The position numbers and the translations under genes were made by a program. Shown here piece by piece: positions 1 through 8,610 of a DNA stretch of 24,000 bases. The stretch comes from Bacillota bacterium. GTDB lineage: Bacteria; Bacillota; GCA-003054495; Carboxydocellales; JAJZSN01. The notes under the pieces were generated by a model. It was not told the origin of the DNA. It saw nothing but the letters and a program-made list of their open reading frames with translations, and ran no database searches. The stretch lies in the NCBI GenBank assembly GCA_021849745.1, contig JAJZSN010000001.1:14727-38726 (forward strand), read 5' to 3'. How positions within the stretch are numbered: the stretch's first letter is position 1; each line of letters opens with the position of its first letter.

Positions 1-347
1 AGTATTGTCAGTTAGGGTTATTTTTGGACAAATGCAGTGCAGGGTTAATTCCGTATACTCCAAATCCTTATGTTGCTGAAATGCGTCCGGCTAAGATTAA
101 CGAATATTTAGTGATGGGATTGCCGATAGTTGCGACAAAATTGCCTGAAATAGAACGTTTTGCTAACGAAAATGGACCCGGGATTATTTACCTGGCTGAA
201 ACGGCTGATGATTTCCCAACTGCTTTAGAAAAAGCCTTGGATGAGGATTGCGAGGAATACCGAAATAAACGCTGGGAGATTGCCAGAAGCCGTTCCTGGG
301 AAACTATATGTAAGGGTCTCGAACTCCATTTACAAGGACTGATGTGA
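1..347 (+). CDS. Glycosyltransferase, C-terminal part only (5' end outside window)
   Basis: The frame is open from the window edge (codons from nt 3: YCQLGLFLDKCSAGLIPY...) and stops at TGA 345-347. '...MRPAKINEYLVMGLPIVATKLPEIERF...' resembles the C-terminal nucleotide-sugar-binding half of GT-B (GT1/GT4-type) enzymes. It is the first gene of a co-directional GT cluster. Confidence 0.55.
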   Translation, partial: YCQLGLFLDKCSAGLIPYTPNPYVAEMRPAKINEYLVMGLPIVATKLPEIERFANENGPGIIYLAETADDFPTALEKALDEDCEEYRNKRWEIARSRSWETICKGLELHLQGLM

Positions 348-368
348 GGGGAGAATACTGAACCTAAA

Positions 369-1655
369 ATGTACAATTTTTTAAGGCGTTCTTTTTTTAG
401 GATATTATATAATACTGGTCAAACACTCAGACCTTTGTTAGCCAAAATTATGCCTAACTCAGTGAAAGAAATCCTTAAAAGGTTTGAGTATAAGATAATT
501 AAAGTAAGCACCTCAACGCAAAACATTTCTAGGTGTTTAAGCAACAACTTCGAAGCGGGAATTAATTTAATAGGTTATGCACATGCCGAAATGGGTATTG
601 GTGAATCCTGCCGATTAGCAGCAAATGCAATCCAAACTACTAAGATACCTTTTGGCATTATAAACGTTTCCGTTGGTAATCCGGCTAGAATGAATGATTT
701 TTCTTGGAAACATAAAGAAATAAATAAAGCTTTTTATAGTACTAATATATTTCATATTAATGCAGAGCAAATGCCATTAGTACATATACATCTGGGTGAA
801 GGTTTTTTTACAGGGCATTATAATATAGGTTATTGGCATTGGGAGTTGCCGGACTTTCCTGACGAATGGATTGATAGTTTTAATTTGCTTCATGAGATAT
901 GGGTTCCATCTAACTTTGTCTTGGAATCAATTTCTAGAAAATCAAGAATACCAGTTGTTCGAATTCCCCATGCGATTGAAATAAAGCCTTCTCAGGAAGT
1001 TAATCGTACTTTTTTTAATCTTCCAAATAAGTCATTTTTGTTCATGGCTATGTATGATACTCATAGTGTACAACAGCGTAAAAATCCTCAAGCAGTAGTT
1101 GAAGCATTTAAGCTTGCATTCAATAAAGATGATACCTCAGTTGGCCTTGTATTAAAAGTACTCAATGGTAAGAGTAACCCTTTAGAGATAGATAATCTAA
1201 AGAATACTATTCAAAACAATAAAAACATTTATCTATTGGAAGAATTTTTTAACCGGCAACAAGTTAACTCTTTGATAAATATCACAGATTGTTTTGTGTC
1301 CCTGCACAGGTCAGAAGGCTTTGGACTTGGCTTAGCAGAAGCGATGTATTTGGGCAAACCTGTAATAGGAACTAACTGGTCGGGCAATACGGACTTTATG
1401 AACAACAGGAACTCTTGTGTGGTTGACTATGAGTTGATTCAAGTTGGAGCCGACTATGGCCCATATAAAGCTTATCAAGTTTGGGCTGATCCAGATGTTG
1501 AGCAAGCAGCGTATTTTATGCGCAAACTTGTCGATGACCATGAATGGTACAGAAAAATTGCCGCAAAAGGACAAGAAACAATGTACAAGTATTTTTCTCC
1601 AAAAACTGTAGGCGAGTTGGTTAAGCAACGCTTGGGCAGGATAGGTTTAATATAA
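369..1655 (+). CDS. Glycosyltransferase (GT4-like C-terminal domain; N-terminal ~200 aa unassigned)
   Basis: 428-aa ORF. 'HRSEGFGLGLAEAMYLGKPVIGTNWSGNTDF' is the E-x7-E type motif of retaining GT-B transferases. The start is uncertain because there is no clear SD close to ATG 369. Confidence 0.7.
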   Translation: MYNFLRRSFFRILYNTGQTLRPLLAKIMPNSVKEILKRFEYKIIKVSTSTQNISRCLSNNFEAGINLIGYAHAEMGIGESCRLAANAIQTTKIPFGIINVSVGNPARMNDFSWKHKEINKAFYSTNIFHINAEQMPLVHIHLGEGFFTGHYNIGYWHWELPDFPDEWIDSFNLLHEIWVPSNFVLESISRKSRIPVVRIPHAIEIKPSQEVNRTFFNLPNKSFLFMAMYDTHSVQQRKNPQAVVEAFKLAFNKDDTSVGLVLKVLNGKSNPLEIDNLKNTIQNNKNIYLLEEFFNRQQVNSLINITDCFVSLHRSEGFGLGLAEAMYLGKPVIGTNWSGNTDFMNNRNSCVVDYELIQVGADYGPYKAYQVWADPDVEQAAYFMRKLVDDHEWYRKIAAKGQETMYKYFSPKTVGELVKQRLGRIGLI

Positions 1656-1768
1656 CATGGACGAGAATAGATGGATTAAGTTTATTTTGGGATGATTGCA
1701 GGTGGATAGTATTCAGGGCTTCTATTGGTGGAATGTTACTAAGTCTTATTAGTTAAGAAGGAATAACT

Positions 1769-2545
1769 ATGTTAAAAACATTATGCGAACTATATAAATA
1801 CAGGGAAATGCTTAAAAATATGGTGACAAAGGAATTGCGTCAGAGGTATAAAGGTTCGGTTTTGGGTTTTCTTTGGACTTTCCTGAATCCTCTTTTGATG
1901 TTGGTTATATATAGTATTGTGTTTTCCACAATAATGAGGATTGACATCGAGAATTATTCCATGTTTTTGTTTGTTGGTCTATTACCATGGATGTTTTTTT
2001 CTACATCTGTTTTAATCAGCACCGGCTCTATTGTGAATAATGGAAACCTAATTAAAAAAATATACTTCCCCAGGGAAATTCTACCGATATCAGTTGCTAT
2101 AACCGGATTGGTTAATTTTCTTCTGAGTTTAATAATTTTAGTGCCTGCGTTACTTTTTTTTAAAATGGAGATCACTGTCGCTATTTTTACGCTTCCGGTT
2201 ATCATAGTTTTACAGTTGATTATGGTATTGGGTTTCACCTTATTTGTTTCCAGCCTGAATGTTTATTTCAGGGATTTGGAGCATATTTTAGGGGTTTTGA
2301 TGACGGCATGGTTCTATGTTACTCCGATAATTTTTCCCTTGCAAATGGTACCCACAAAATTCCTGTGGCTGGTAAAGCTAAACCCCGTCGCGCCTTTAAT
2401 GTTTGCTTATCAAGATATTTTTTATTACGGCGTAGTTCCAAAGTGGGAGTCTCTAGGAAATGTCTTTATATTTTCCGTTGCTTCGTTAATGATAGGCATG
2501 TTAACTTTTGGATACTTAAAGCGAAATTTTGCCGAAGAACTTTAA
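1769..2545 (+). CDS. wzm: ABC-2 type polysaccharide export permease (Wzm/TagG/KpsM-like)
   Basis: 258 aa with about 6 hydrophobic segments. The N-terminal 'LYKYREMLKNMVTKELRQRYKGSVLGFLWTFLNPLLMLVIYSIVF' is the characteristic ABC-2 glycan exporter motif. SD AAGAAGGA lies upstream of the ATG, and the ATPase gene follows directly. Confidence 0.85.
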   Translation: MLKTLCELYKYREMLKNMVTKELRQRYKGSVLGFLWTFLNPLLMLVIYSIVFSTIMRIDIENYSMFLFVGLLPWMFFSTSVLISTGSIVNNGNLIKKIYFPREILPISVAITGLVNFLLSLIILVPALLFFKMEITVAIFTLPVIIVLQLIMVLGFTLFVSSLNVYFRDLEHILGVLMTAWFYVTPIIFPLQMVPTKFLWLVKLNPVAPLMFAYQDIFYYGVVPKWESLGNVFIFSVASLMIGMLTFGYLKRNFAEEL

Positions 2546-2564
2546 TCGGAACAGTGGAGGCCTT

Positions 2565-3848
2565 ATGACTGTTATAGAAGTGAAAAATGTATGGAAAAAG
2601 TTCCGTTTATATCATGAAAAGAGGCCGTCTTTGAAAGAAATAATTCTTTTCAAAGGAAGAGGCAAGTGGGAAGATTTTTGGGTCTTAAAAGATATTAACC
2701 TAAAAATAGAAAAAGGGACTACTGTAGGTTTGATTGGCCAGAACGGATCAGGGAAAAGCACTCTGCTTAAGCTTCTAACCAACATTATTTACCCTGATAA
2801 AGGACAATTGAATATTAAAGGACGAGTATCAAGCCTCTTAGAACTCGGGGCCGGATTTCACCCAGATTTTACCGGCAGGGAGAATATTTATTATAATTCT
2901 TCAGTTTTTGGCCTTACGAAAAAAGAGATTGATAAAAGGGTTGATGAAATAATAGAGTTTTCTGAGTTAGAAGAGTTTATTGACAATCCAGTACGCAGTT
3001 ATTCTTCAGGGATGTATATGAGATTGGCTTTTGCTACGGCCATTAATGTTGATCCGGATATTCTTCTAATCGACGAAGTATTGGCGGTGGGGGATGCAAA
3101 CTTTCAAAAAAAATGTTTAAGGAAAATCAATGAATTCAGAAAACAGGGTAAAACTATTGTTTTTGTCTCCCATGATCATAATGTTGTAGCAAAACTATGT
3201 AATTATGCAGTATGGTTGGACCAAGGTGAAATAAAAGCCTCTGGGGGTTCAAAAGGTGTTATAGATTCGTATTTAGCGCACATGGCTGAACAGGAAGAAA
3301 TACGACTAGCTGGTGAACATAAGCAAAGAGAAGAGAATGATGTTATAGGTGAAGTTGTAGATAACGAGCGAGTTGCCCGTACAAAGGAAGAAGTAAACTC
3401 CGAACAAGAATCTCAAGGACAATCACCGAATCGGTGGGGCACTCGCGAAATAGAAATAACAGACGTTAAACTTCTTGACGGGAAAAGCATAGAACGTCAT
3501 GTTTTTGACTCAGGCGAACATGTTACTATACAAATTAGATATAAAGTTAATAAGGGTTTTGGTAATCCCGTATTTGGTATTGGAATTTTCCGAGATGACG
3601 GTATTTGTTGTTATGGCACGAATACAGAAATTGATAATTTATTGATAAAAGATTTAAAAGACCAAGGTGCTGTCTTGTTCAAAGTTGACTTAAATTTAAC
3701 AGAGGGACATTTTTTACTAAACGTAGCAGTGCATGATGAGGACGGGTACATGTATGATTACCAATCTTCCAGGTATTCTTTTGTTGTAAACTCCAAGCTA
3801 AGTGAAGTGGGAATTTGTAAGTTACCTCATCAATGGATAATTAGCTAA
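2565..3848 (+). CDS. wzt: Polysaccharide ABC exporter ATP-binding protein with extra C-terminal domain (Wzt/TagH-like)
   Basis: Walker A GQNGSGKST, signature YSSGMYMRLAFA, Walker B ILLIDEVLAVGD, H-loop VSHD. An acidic linker is followed by a ~140-aa C-terminal domain (GTREIEITDVKLLDG...HVTIQIRYKV...FGIGIFRDDG...) of the kind seen in Wzt carbohydrate-binding domains. The preferred start is ATG 2565 (MTVIEVKNV..., GGAGG 4 nt upstream) rather than the track start at 2529. Confidence 0.85.
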   Translation: MTVIEVKNVWKKFRLYHEKRPSLKEIILFKGRGKWEDFWVLKDINLKIEKGTTVGLIGQNGSGKSTLLKLLTNIIYPDKGQLNIKGRVSSLLELGAGFHPDFTGRENIYYNSSVFGLTKKEIDKRVDEIIEFSELEEFIDNPVRSYSSGMYMRLAFATAINVDPDILLIDEVLAVGDANFQKKCLRKINEFRKQGKTIVFVSHDHNVVAKLCNYAVWLDQGEIKASGGSKGVIDSYLAHMAEQEEIRLAGEHKQREENDVIGEVVDNERVARTKEEVNSEQESQGQSPNRWGTREIEITDVKLLDGKSIERHVFDSGEHVTIQIRYKVNKGFGNPVFGIGIFRDDGICCYGTNTEIDNLLIKDLKDQGAVLFKVDLNLTEGHFLLNVAVHDEDGYMYDYQSSRYSFVVNSKLSEVGICKLPHQWIIS

Positions 3849-3859
3849 TAGAGGGGAAG

Positions 3860-5011
3860 TTGCAGGACATGAGAGAAGATAACAGATACGGTATTGATCC
3901 CAGTAAATTGATGCTTAACATCATAAACAATGTAAAAGGTTTGAATAATGTGTCCAGCAATTTACCCGTTTCCGAAGAAGACAATCCGGATTTATTGGCA
4001 AATCAATGGGACAAATATTCTCAGCTCAAATCAATTATACCAATTACTGCAAGTGCGTATTTAACTGAACCACCACTTAGTTCTAGGTTTAAAATTTTGG
4101 GCCGTTTTATAGTTACTTTAAGAAAGTTTGGAGCTCGATTGTTTGCAAAGTGGTATACAGGTCCTGTTTTTGACCAGCAATCAAGGTTAAATATTTCCCT
4201 GATTAAAAGCATTGAAATGATAAATTCTGTTTTGGAAGACCAAATGAAAATCAATTCGGCACTCGTTATGACAAAAAACAATTATCAAACGGAGCTTCAA
4301 TGTTTAAAAAATAACATTCAAAGTGAACTTAACGAAACTAAATACACTATAGAGTTAGTCAACTTCCCTGTATTTCCCTATCAAAAATTTAACGAGAAAT
4401 TTGGTGGTCTCGCAGAAAAACATAAAGAAATATATAATTCATATTTTCAGTATCTTAGAGGATGTAGCAATGTTTTAGATATTGGGTGCGGGAGGGGCGT
4501 GTTTTTAGAGCATTTGAAAGAGAGTGGTATAAATGGTTACGGAATTGATTCTGATAAGAAATTGGTAGAATGGTGTAAGGGAAAAGAACTACAGGTTATT
4601 CAAGATGATGCGATAAACCATTTGAAAAGTTTAAATATAGGAGAAATCGATGGGATTTATGCTGGACATATTATAGAACATTTACCGTTAGGTTTAAAAC
4701 AGTTACTCCTTGAACTTTGTTATGAGAAACTGGCGAGCGGAGGGCATTTAATTATTCAAACGCCTAATACTATATCTCCTTATGTTCTTCACAATTTATA
4801 TTATCTTGACCCCACACATCAAGCACCGCTACATCCGGAAACATATAAATTATTGGCTGAAAATGCCGGTTTCACGGTGATTGATTCCTATCTAAGTGAA
4901 AAGATAACGGATGATTTATTGAAAATTTGGAATCCAGGTTATATCGAACCTGAGGGGCAAGAGATAGACCAAGCCTCTTTTTACAACTTTACATTGATAG
5001 TAAAAAAATAA
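3860..5011 (+). CDS. Class I SAM-dependent methyltransferase with ~190-aa non-catalytic N-terminal region
   Basis: C-terminal half: motif I VLDIGCGRGVFLEHL, then IDGIYAGHIIEHL and GGHLIIQTPN. The N-terminal half has no motif I recognise and contains a helical, heptad-like stretch (LEDQMKINSALVMTKNNYQTELQCLKNNIQSELNETK). The start is ambiguous: TTG 3860 or ATG 3869, both downstream of GAGGGGAAG. Confidence 0.75.
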   Translation: MQDMREDNRYGIDPSKLMLNIINNVKGLNNVSSNLPVSEEDNPDLLANQWDKYSQLKSIIPITASAYLTEPPLSSRFKILGRFIVTLRKFGARLFAKWYTGPVFDQQSRLNISLIKSIEMINSVLEDQMKINSALVMTKNNYQTELQCLKNNIQSELNETKYTIELVNFPVFPYQKFNEKFGGLAEKHKEIYNSYFQYLRGCSNVLDIGCGRGVFLEHLKESGINGYGIDSDKKLVEWCKGKELQVIQDDAINHLKSLNIGEIDGIYAGHIIEHLPLGLKQLLLELCYEKLASGGHLIIQTPNTISPYVLHNLYYLDPTHQAPLHPETYKLLAENAGFTVIDSYLSEKITDDLLKIWNPGYIEPEGQEIDQASFYNFTLIVKK

Positions 5012-5028
5012 ATTTTTAAGGTGATCAG

Positions 5029-6213
5029 ATGAAAATAGGTATCGTAACTCCATGGTTTGGTGAAAAGGTTGCAGGTGGTGCGGAAAGATATGCCGGTGGT
5101 TTAGCAAGGGCCTTTAGTAATTTAAATTTGCAAGTAGAAGTTATTACCACTTGCGGTGAAGATTCTTTTAGTGGATGGGATCATAATTACTATAAAGAAG
5201 GTGTTTGCGAAGAAAGCGGTATTATTGTAAGGCGTTTTGGATTAAGAAAAAGGAATAGGGCTGTATATGATAAATGTTTCGGTAGTTTAATTCAACATAA
5301 AAATATATCTTATGTCGAAGAGTTGCAATTGCAACATGAAACAATAAACAGTGATTCCATGTATAAGTTTATTCAAGAAAATTGCTCGGACTATGTCTTT
5401 TTGTTTATTCCTTATTATTACGGTACCTTTGTTTGGGGTGCTCAAATTGTACCTAAAAGAAGTTTCTTAATTCCATGCCTGCATGATGAAGAAATCGCTT
5501 ATTTTAAATTGATGCGGGATGTTTTTACACAATCTTGTGGATGCATTTTTAATACCGAAGAAGAAAGGGAACTAGCGAAAAAAATTTATGATTTGGATGA
5601 GGAGTTTGGAGTAGTTACTGGAGTAGGGGTCGAGCTTGATTATGTAGGCGAAGCCGAAGCGTTTAGGAGAAAATATGGGATTAAAGATACGTATATACTT
5701 TATGTAGGACGCAAGGTGGATGGTAAGAATGTCCCAATGTTAATTAGTTTGTTTAAGACTTTGAAACATAATGATCCAGATAATTCTATTAAACTGGTTT
5801 TAATAGGAAAAGGAGAAATTTCAGACAATTTAAAACATCCTGATGTTATTGACTTGGGCGAACTCGACGAAAAGGAAAAGTTGGATGGAATTGCGGGAGC
5901 TTTAGTTTTATGTCAACCATCTGTGATGGAGAGTTTTTCTTTAGTGATAATGGAAGCGTGGTTGTCAGGCGTTCCCGTGTTAGTAAATAGTGAAAGCAAT
6001 ATAACAGTGAGTCATGTTAAAAAAAGTCAGGGTGGGCTGACTTTTAACTGTTACCAAACCTTTGTAGATGCAATTACACAATTTATTAATAGCCCCGAAA
6101 GCAGAACAAAAATGGCTGAAAAAGGGCACCAATATGTAACACAAAACTATAACTGGCAAACTGTGACTAGTAAAATATTGAAACTAATCCGTAGTAGAGG
6201 GTTCAATATTTAG
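5029..6213 (+). CDS. Glycosyltransferase family 4-like
   Basis: The N-terminus MKIGIVTPWFGEKVAGGAERYAGGLARAF is typical of GT4. The C-terminal 'MESFSLVIMEAWLSGVPVLVN' is an E-x7-E motif. SD AAGGTGA lies 4 nt upstream of the ATG. Confidence 0.8.
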   Translation: MKIGIVTPWFGEKVAGGAERYAGGLARAFSNLNLQVEVITTCGEDSFSGWDHNYYKEGVCEESGIIVRRFGLRKRNRAVYDKCFGSLIQHKNISYVEELQLQHETINSDSMYKFIQENCSDYVFLFIPYYYGTFVWGAQIVPKRSFLIPCLHDEEIAYFKLMRDVFTQSCGCIFNTEEERELAKKIYDLDEEFGVVTGVGVELDYVGEAEAFRRKYGIKDTYILYVGRKVDGKNVPMLISLFKTLKHNDPDNSIKLVLIGKGEISDNLKHPDVIDLGELDEKEKLDGIAGALVLCQPSVMESFSLVIMEAWLSGVPVLVNSESNITVSHVKKSQGGLTFNCYQTFVDAITQFINSPESRTKMAEKGHQYVTQNYNWQTVTSKILKLIRSRGFNI

Positions 6214-6222
6214 GAGGAAATC

Positions 6223-8604
6223 ATGAATATTATAATAGATGTGCAAACCCTTTATACTGACGAAAAAGCAAGAGGAATTGGAATATTTACCGCAAATTGG
6301 CTGAACGGCATTAGGGATAATAATGATTACAACATTCATTTCATGAGGATTAATAATAATAAATGGGAATTTATTGCAAATGATAGTGCTGAATCATTGC
6401 AAAATATTTTATACGGCAGCCTAGGCAAATGGAAAATTGTTGACACCATTACACAATTCTGCTTTGATAATGACATAGATCTTATGATTTTTACTAGCCC
6501 TCTTATGCCAAATATACAATTGCCCTTAGAGGAATTACCGTGTAAAAAGGGTTATATTGTTTACGATTTAATACCCCTTGTATTACCGGATAAATATGTT
6601 AATAATTGGCCGATTCAAATTAAAGAAGATTACTATACCAAATTAAATATTATAAATAAGGGCGATTTAATATTAACAATATCCAATGCAACCAAAAACG
6701 ACTTAATGAATCATTTATCAATACCTAGTGAGAAGATTTTTGTTATATATTTATCAATAAAAGATTTTTTCAGACCTATTGATAAAAAGAAAGCAAAAGG
6801 AGAGTTAGAAAAAAGCAGAGGGCTAACATCACCCTTTATTTTTTCCATAACAGGTTATGACCCTAGAAAAAATAACAAAGGTCTAATTAAAGCCTTAAGT
6901 TTGCTATCAAAAGAATTTCAAGATTTAAAACTGGTCATTTTGGGAATAAAGAAGCCAAACGATGAAGAGTTTATGCAATATGCAAGGAGCCTTAATGTAA
7001 ATGACAAAATAGTCTTTTTAGACTATGTGTCAGATGAAATGCTCGTAACTATCTATAATGCATGTGATATTTTCGTTTTTCCTTCGGAATATGAAGGATT
7101 TGGTATTCCTATTTTAGAAGCATTTAAGACCGGTGCACCAGTTATAACCTCAAATGTATCGTCTATGCCTGAAATTGCAGCTGATGGGGCGGCATTGCTG
7201 GTGGACCCCAGCAAAACTGAACAAATTGCAGAAGCCATCCAAAAAATCTTGACCGATGACTCTTTAAGAAATAGTTTAATTGAAAGAGGTTTTAAACGAA
7301 GTAATAATTTTTCGTGGAGAAATGTGAAAAAGGAGACATTAATCGCCTTTGATTTTATAAAAAATAAAAATTGTTTGTTAGAAATATGTGAAAAGCCCAA
7401 ACTTGCTTTTTTCAGTCCATTAAACCCTCAACAATCGGGGATTTCTGATTACAGTGAAGAACTCCTGCCTTACTTATCAAAGTATTTTGAAATTCATTTA
7501 TTTGTAAGTGGTTTTGTACCTTCGAACACCTTTATTAAAAACAACTATCCAATTCATGATTTTTCCGATAAGACAACTTTGAAAATCTTAGATGATTTCC
7601 CTTTACGTTTATATCAAATAGGGAATAATGAATTACATTATCCTATCTATGAAGCATTAAAGCAATATCCAGGAATAATTGTATTACATGATTACAATTT
7701 GTTCGGTTTTTTTCTTCATTTAACCCATCTACGTAATAAATCAAGTGAATTTATCGAAGAAATGGAATATGCTCACGATAAAGAAGGGAGGATAGCAGCT
7801 GAAAAAATTATACATGAAGGTATTTTTCCAGATGTTATGTCGTTTCCAATAAATAAGAGAATGGTTGATTGCAGTAAAGGCGTAATAGTTCACAGTGAAT
7901 GGTCAAAAAAAGAATTATTGAAAAACATTAATTGTAAAATGCCTATTATAAAAATACCGCAGGCTGTTCCTTTACAAAAACTTCCTACAATATCAGATAA
8001 GAAAAGAATTAAATCCAGTTTAAATCTTTCTGAAGTAGATTTTATTATAGGCGTGTTTGGAAATGTAACCTGGAACAAAAGGCTACATGCTATAATTAAT
8101 AGCTTTTGTAGGTTATTACAAACGCATCCAAATTCAAAATTAATTATTATTGGTAATTGTTCGAAAGATATGCATACGGAGTTAAATATTCTAATTAAAC
8201 AAAATAAAGTTGATAATAATGTTAGGGTAACGGGTGGAATTGATTTTGATACGTTTAATGATTACATTAAAATATCTGATATTTGTATAAATCTGAGGTG
8301 GCCAACTATGGGTGAAACATCTGCCACTCTTCTACGTGCAATATCTTTCGGAATTCCCTCAATTGTATCAAATGTCGGTTCATATAAAGAATATCCGGAT
8401 GACTTTTGTTGGAAAGTCGATCCGGATGAATATGAAGAAGATATTCTGCTAGCATATCTTTTTCATATGGCTAGTAACCAAGCTTTACGTGAAGTGATGG
8501 GACAATATGCTCATAGCTATGCAAAACGAGAACTTAGTCTTGCTGAAGCTGCAGAAAAGTATGCTAGGGCTTTGTATTACAGCTATAAAAATTTTGCGAG
8601 GTGA
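6223..8604 (+). CDS. Bi-modular glycosyltransferase (two GT-B/GT4-like modules fused)
   Basis: 793 aa. Module 1 (aa 1 to ~380) has 'FPSEYEGFGIPILEAFKTGAPVITSNVSSMPEI'. Module 2 (aa ~395-793) has 'RWPTMGETSATLLRAISFGIPSIVSNVGSYKEY'. AGGAGG lies 6 nt upstream of the ATG. Confidence 0.75.
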   Translation: MNIIIDVQTLYTDEKARGIGIFTANWLNGIRDNNDYNIHFMRINNNKWEFIANDSAESLQNILYGSLGKWKIVDTITQFCFDNDIDLMIFTSPLMPNIQLPLEELPCKKGYIVYDLIPLVLPDKYVNNWPIQIKEDYYTKLNIINKGDLILTISNATKNDLMNHLSIPSEKIFVIYLSIKDFFRPIDKKKAKGELEKSRGLTSPFIFSITGYDPRKNNKGLIKALSLLSKEFQDLKLVILGIKKPNDEEFMQYARSLNVNDKIVFLDYVSDEMLVTIYNACDIFVFPSEYEGFGIPILEAFKTGAPVITSNVSSMPEIAADGAALLVDPSKTEQIAEAIQKILTDDSLRNSLIERGFKRSNNFSWRNVKKETLIAFDFIKNKNCLLEICEKPKLAFFSPLNPQQSGISDYSEELLPYLSKYFEIHLFVSGFVPSNTFIKNNYPIHDFSDKTTLKILDDFPLRLYQIGNNELHYPIYEALKQYPGIIVLHDYNLFGFFLHLTHLRNKSSEFIEEMEYAHDKEGRIAAEKIIHEGIFPDVMSFPINKRMVDCSKGVIVHSEWSKKELLKNINCKMPIIKIPQAVPLQKLPTISDKKRIKSSLNLSEVDFIIGVFGNVTWNKRLHAIINSFCRLLQTHPNSKLIIIGNCSKDMHTELNILIKQNKVDNNVRVTGGIDFDTFNDYIKISDICINLRWPTMGETSATLLRAISFGIPSIVSNVGSYKEYPDDFCWKVDPDEYEEDILLAYLFHMASNQALREVMGQYAHSYAKRELSLAEAAEKYARALYYSYKNFAR

Positions 8605-8610
8605 AATGTA

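Noticed and set aside
1332-8078. Overlapping ORFs inside the island genes (1332-1628 -, 1954-2238 -, 2308-2568 +, 4021-4281 -, 4916-5107 -, 7053-7400 -, 7890-8078 -)
   Set aside because: Each is nested in or antisense to a longer ORF with clear GT, ABC or methyltransferase motifs. None has an SD, and their translations show no recognisable motif.
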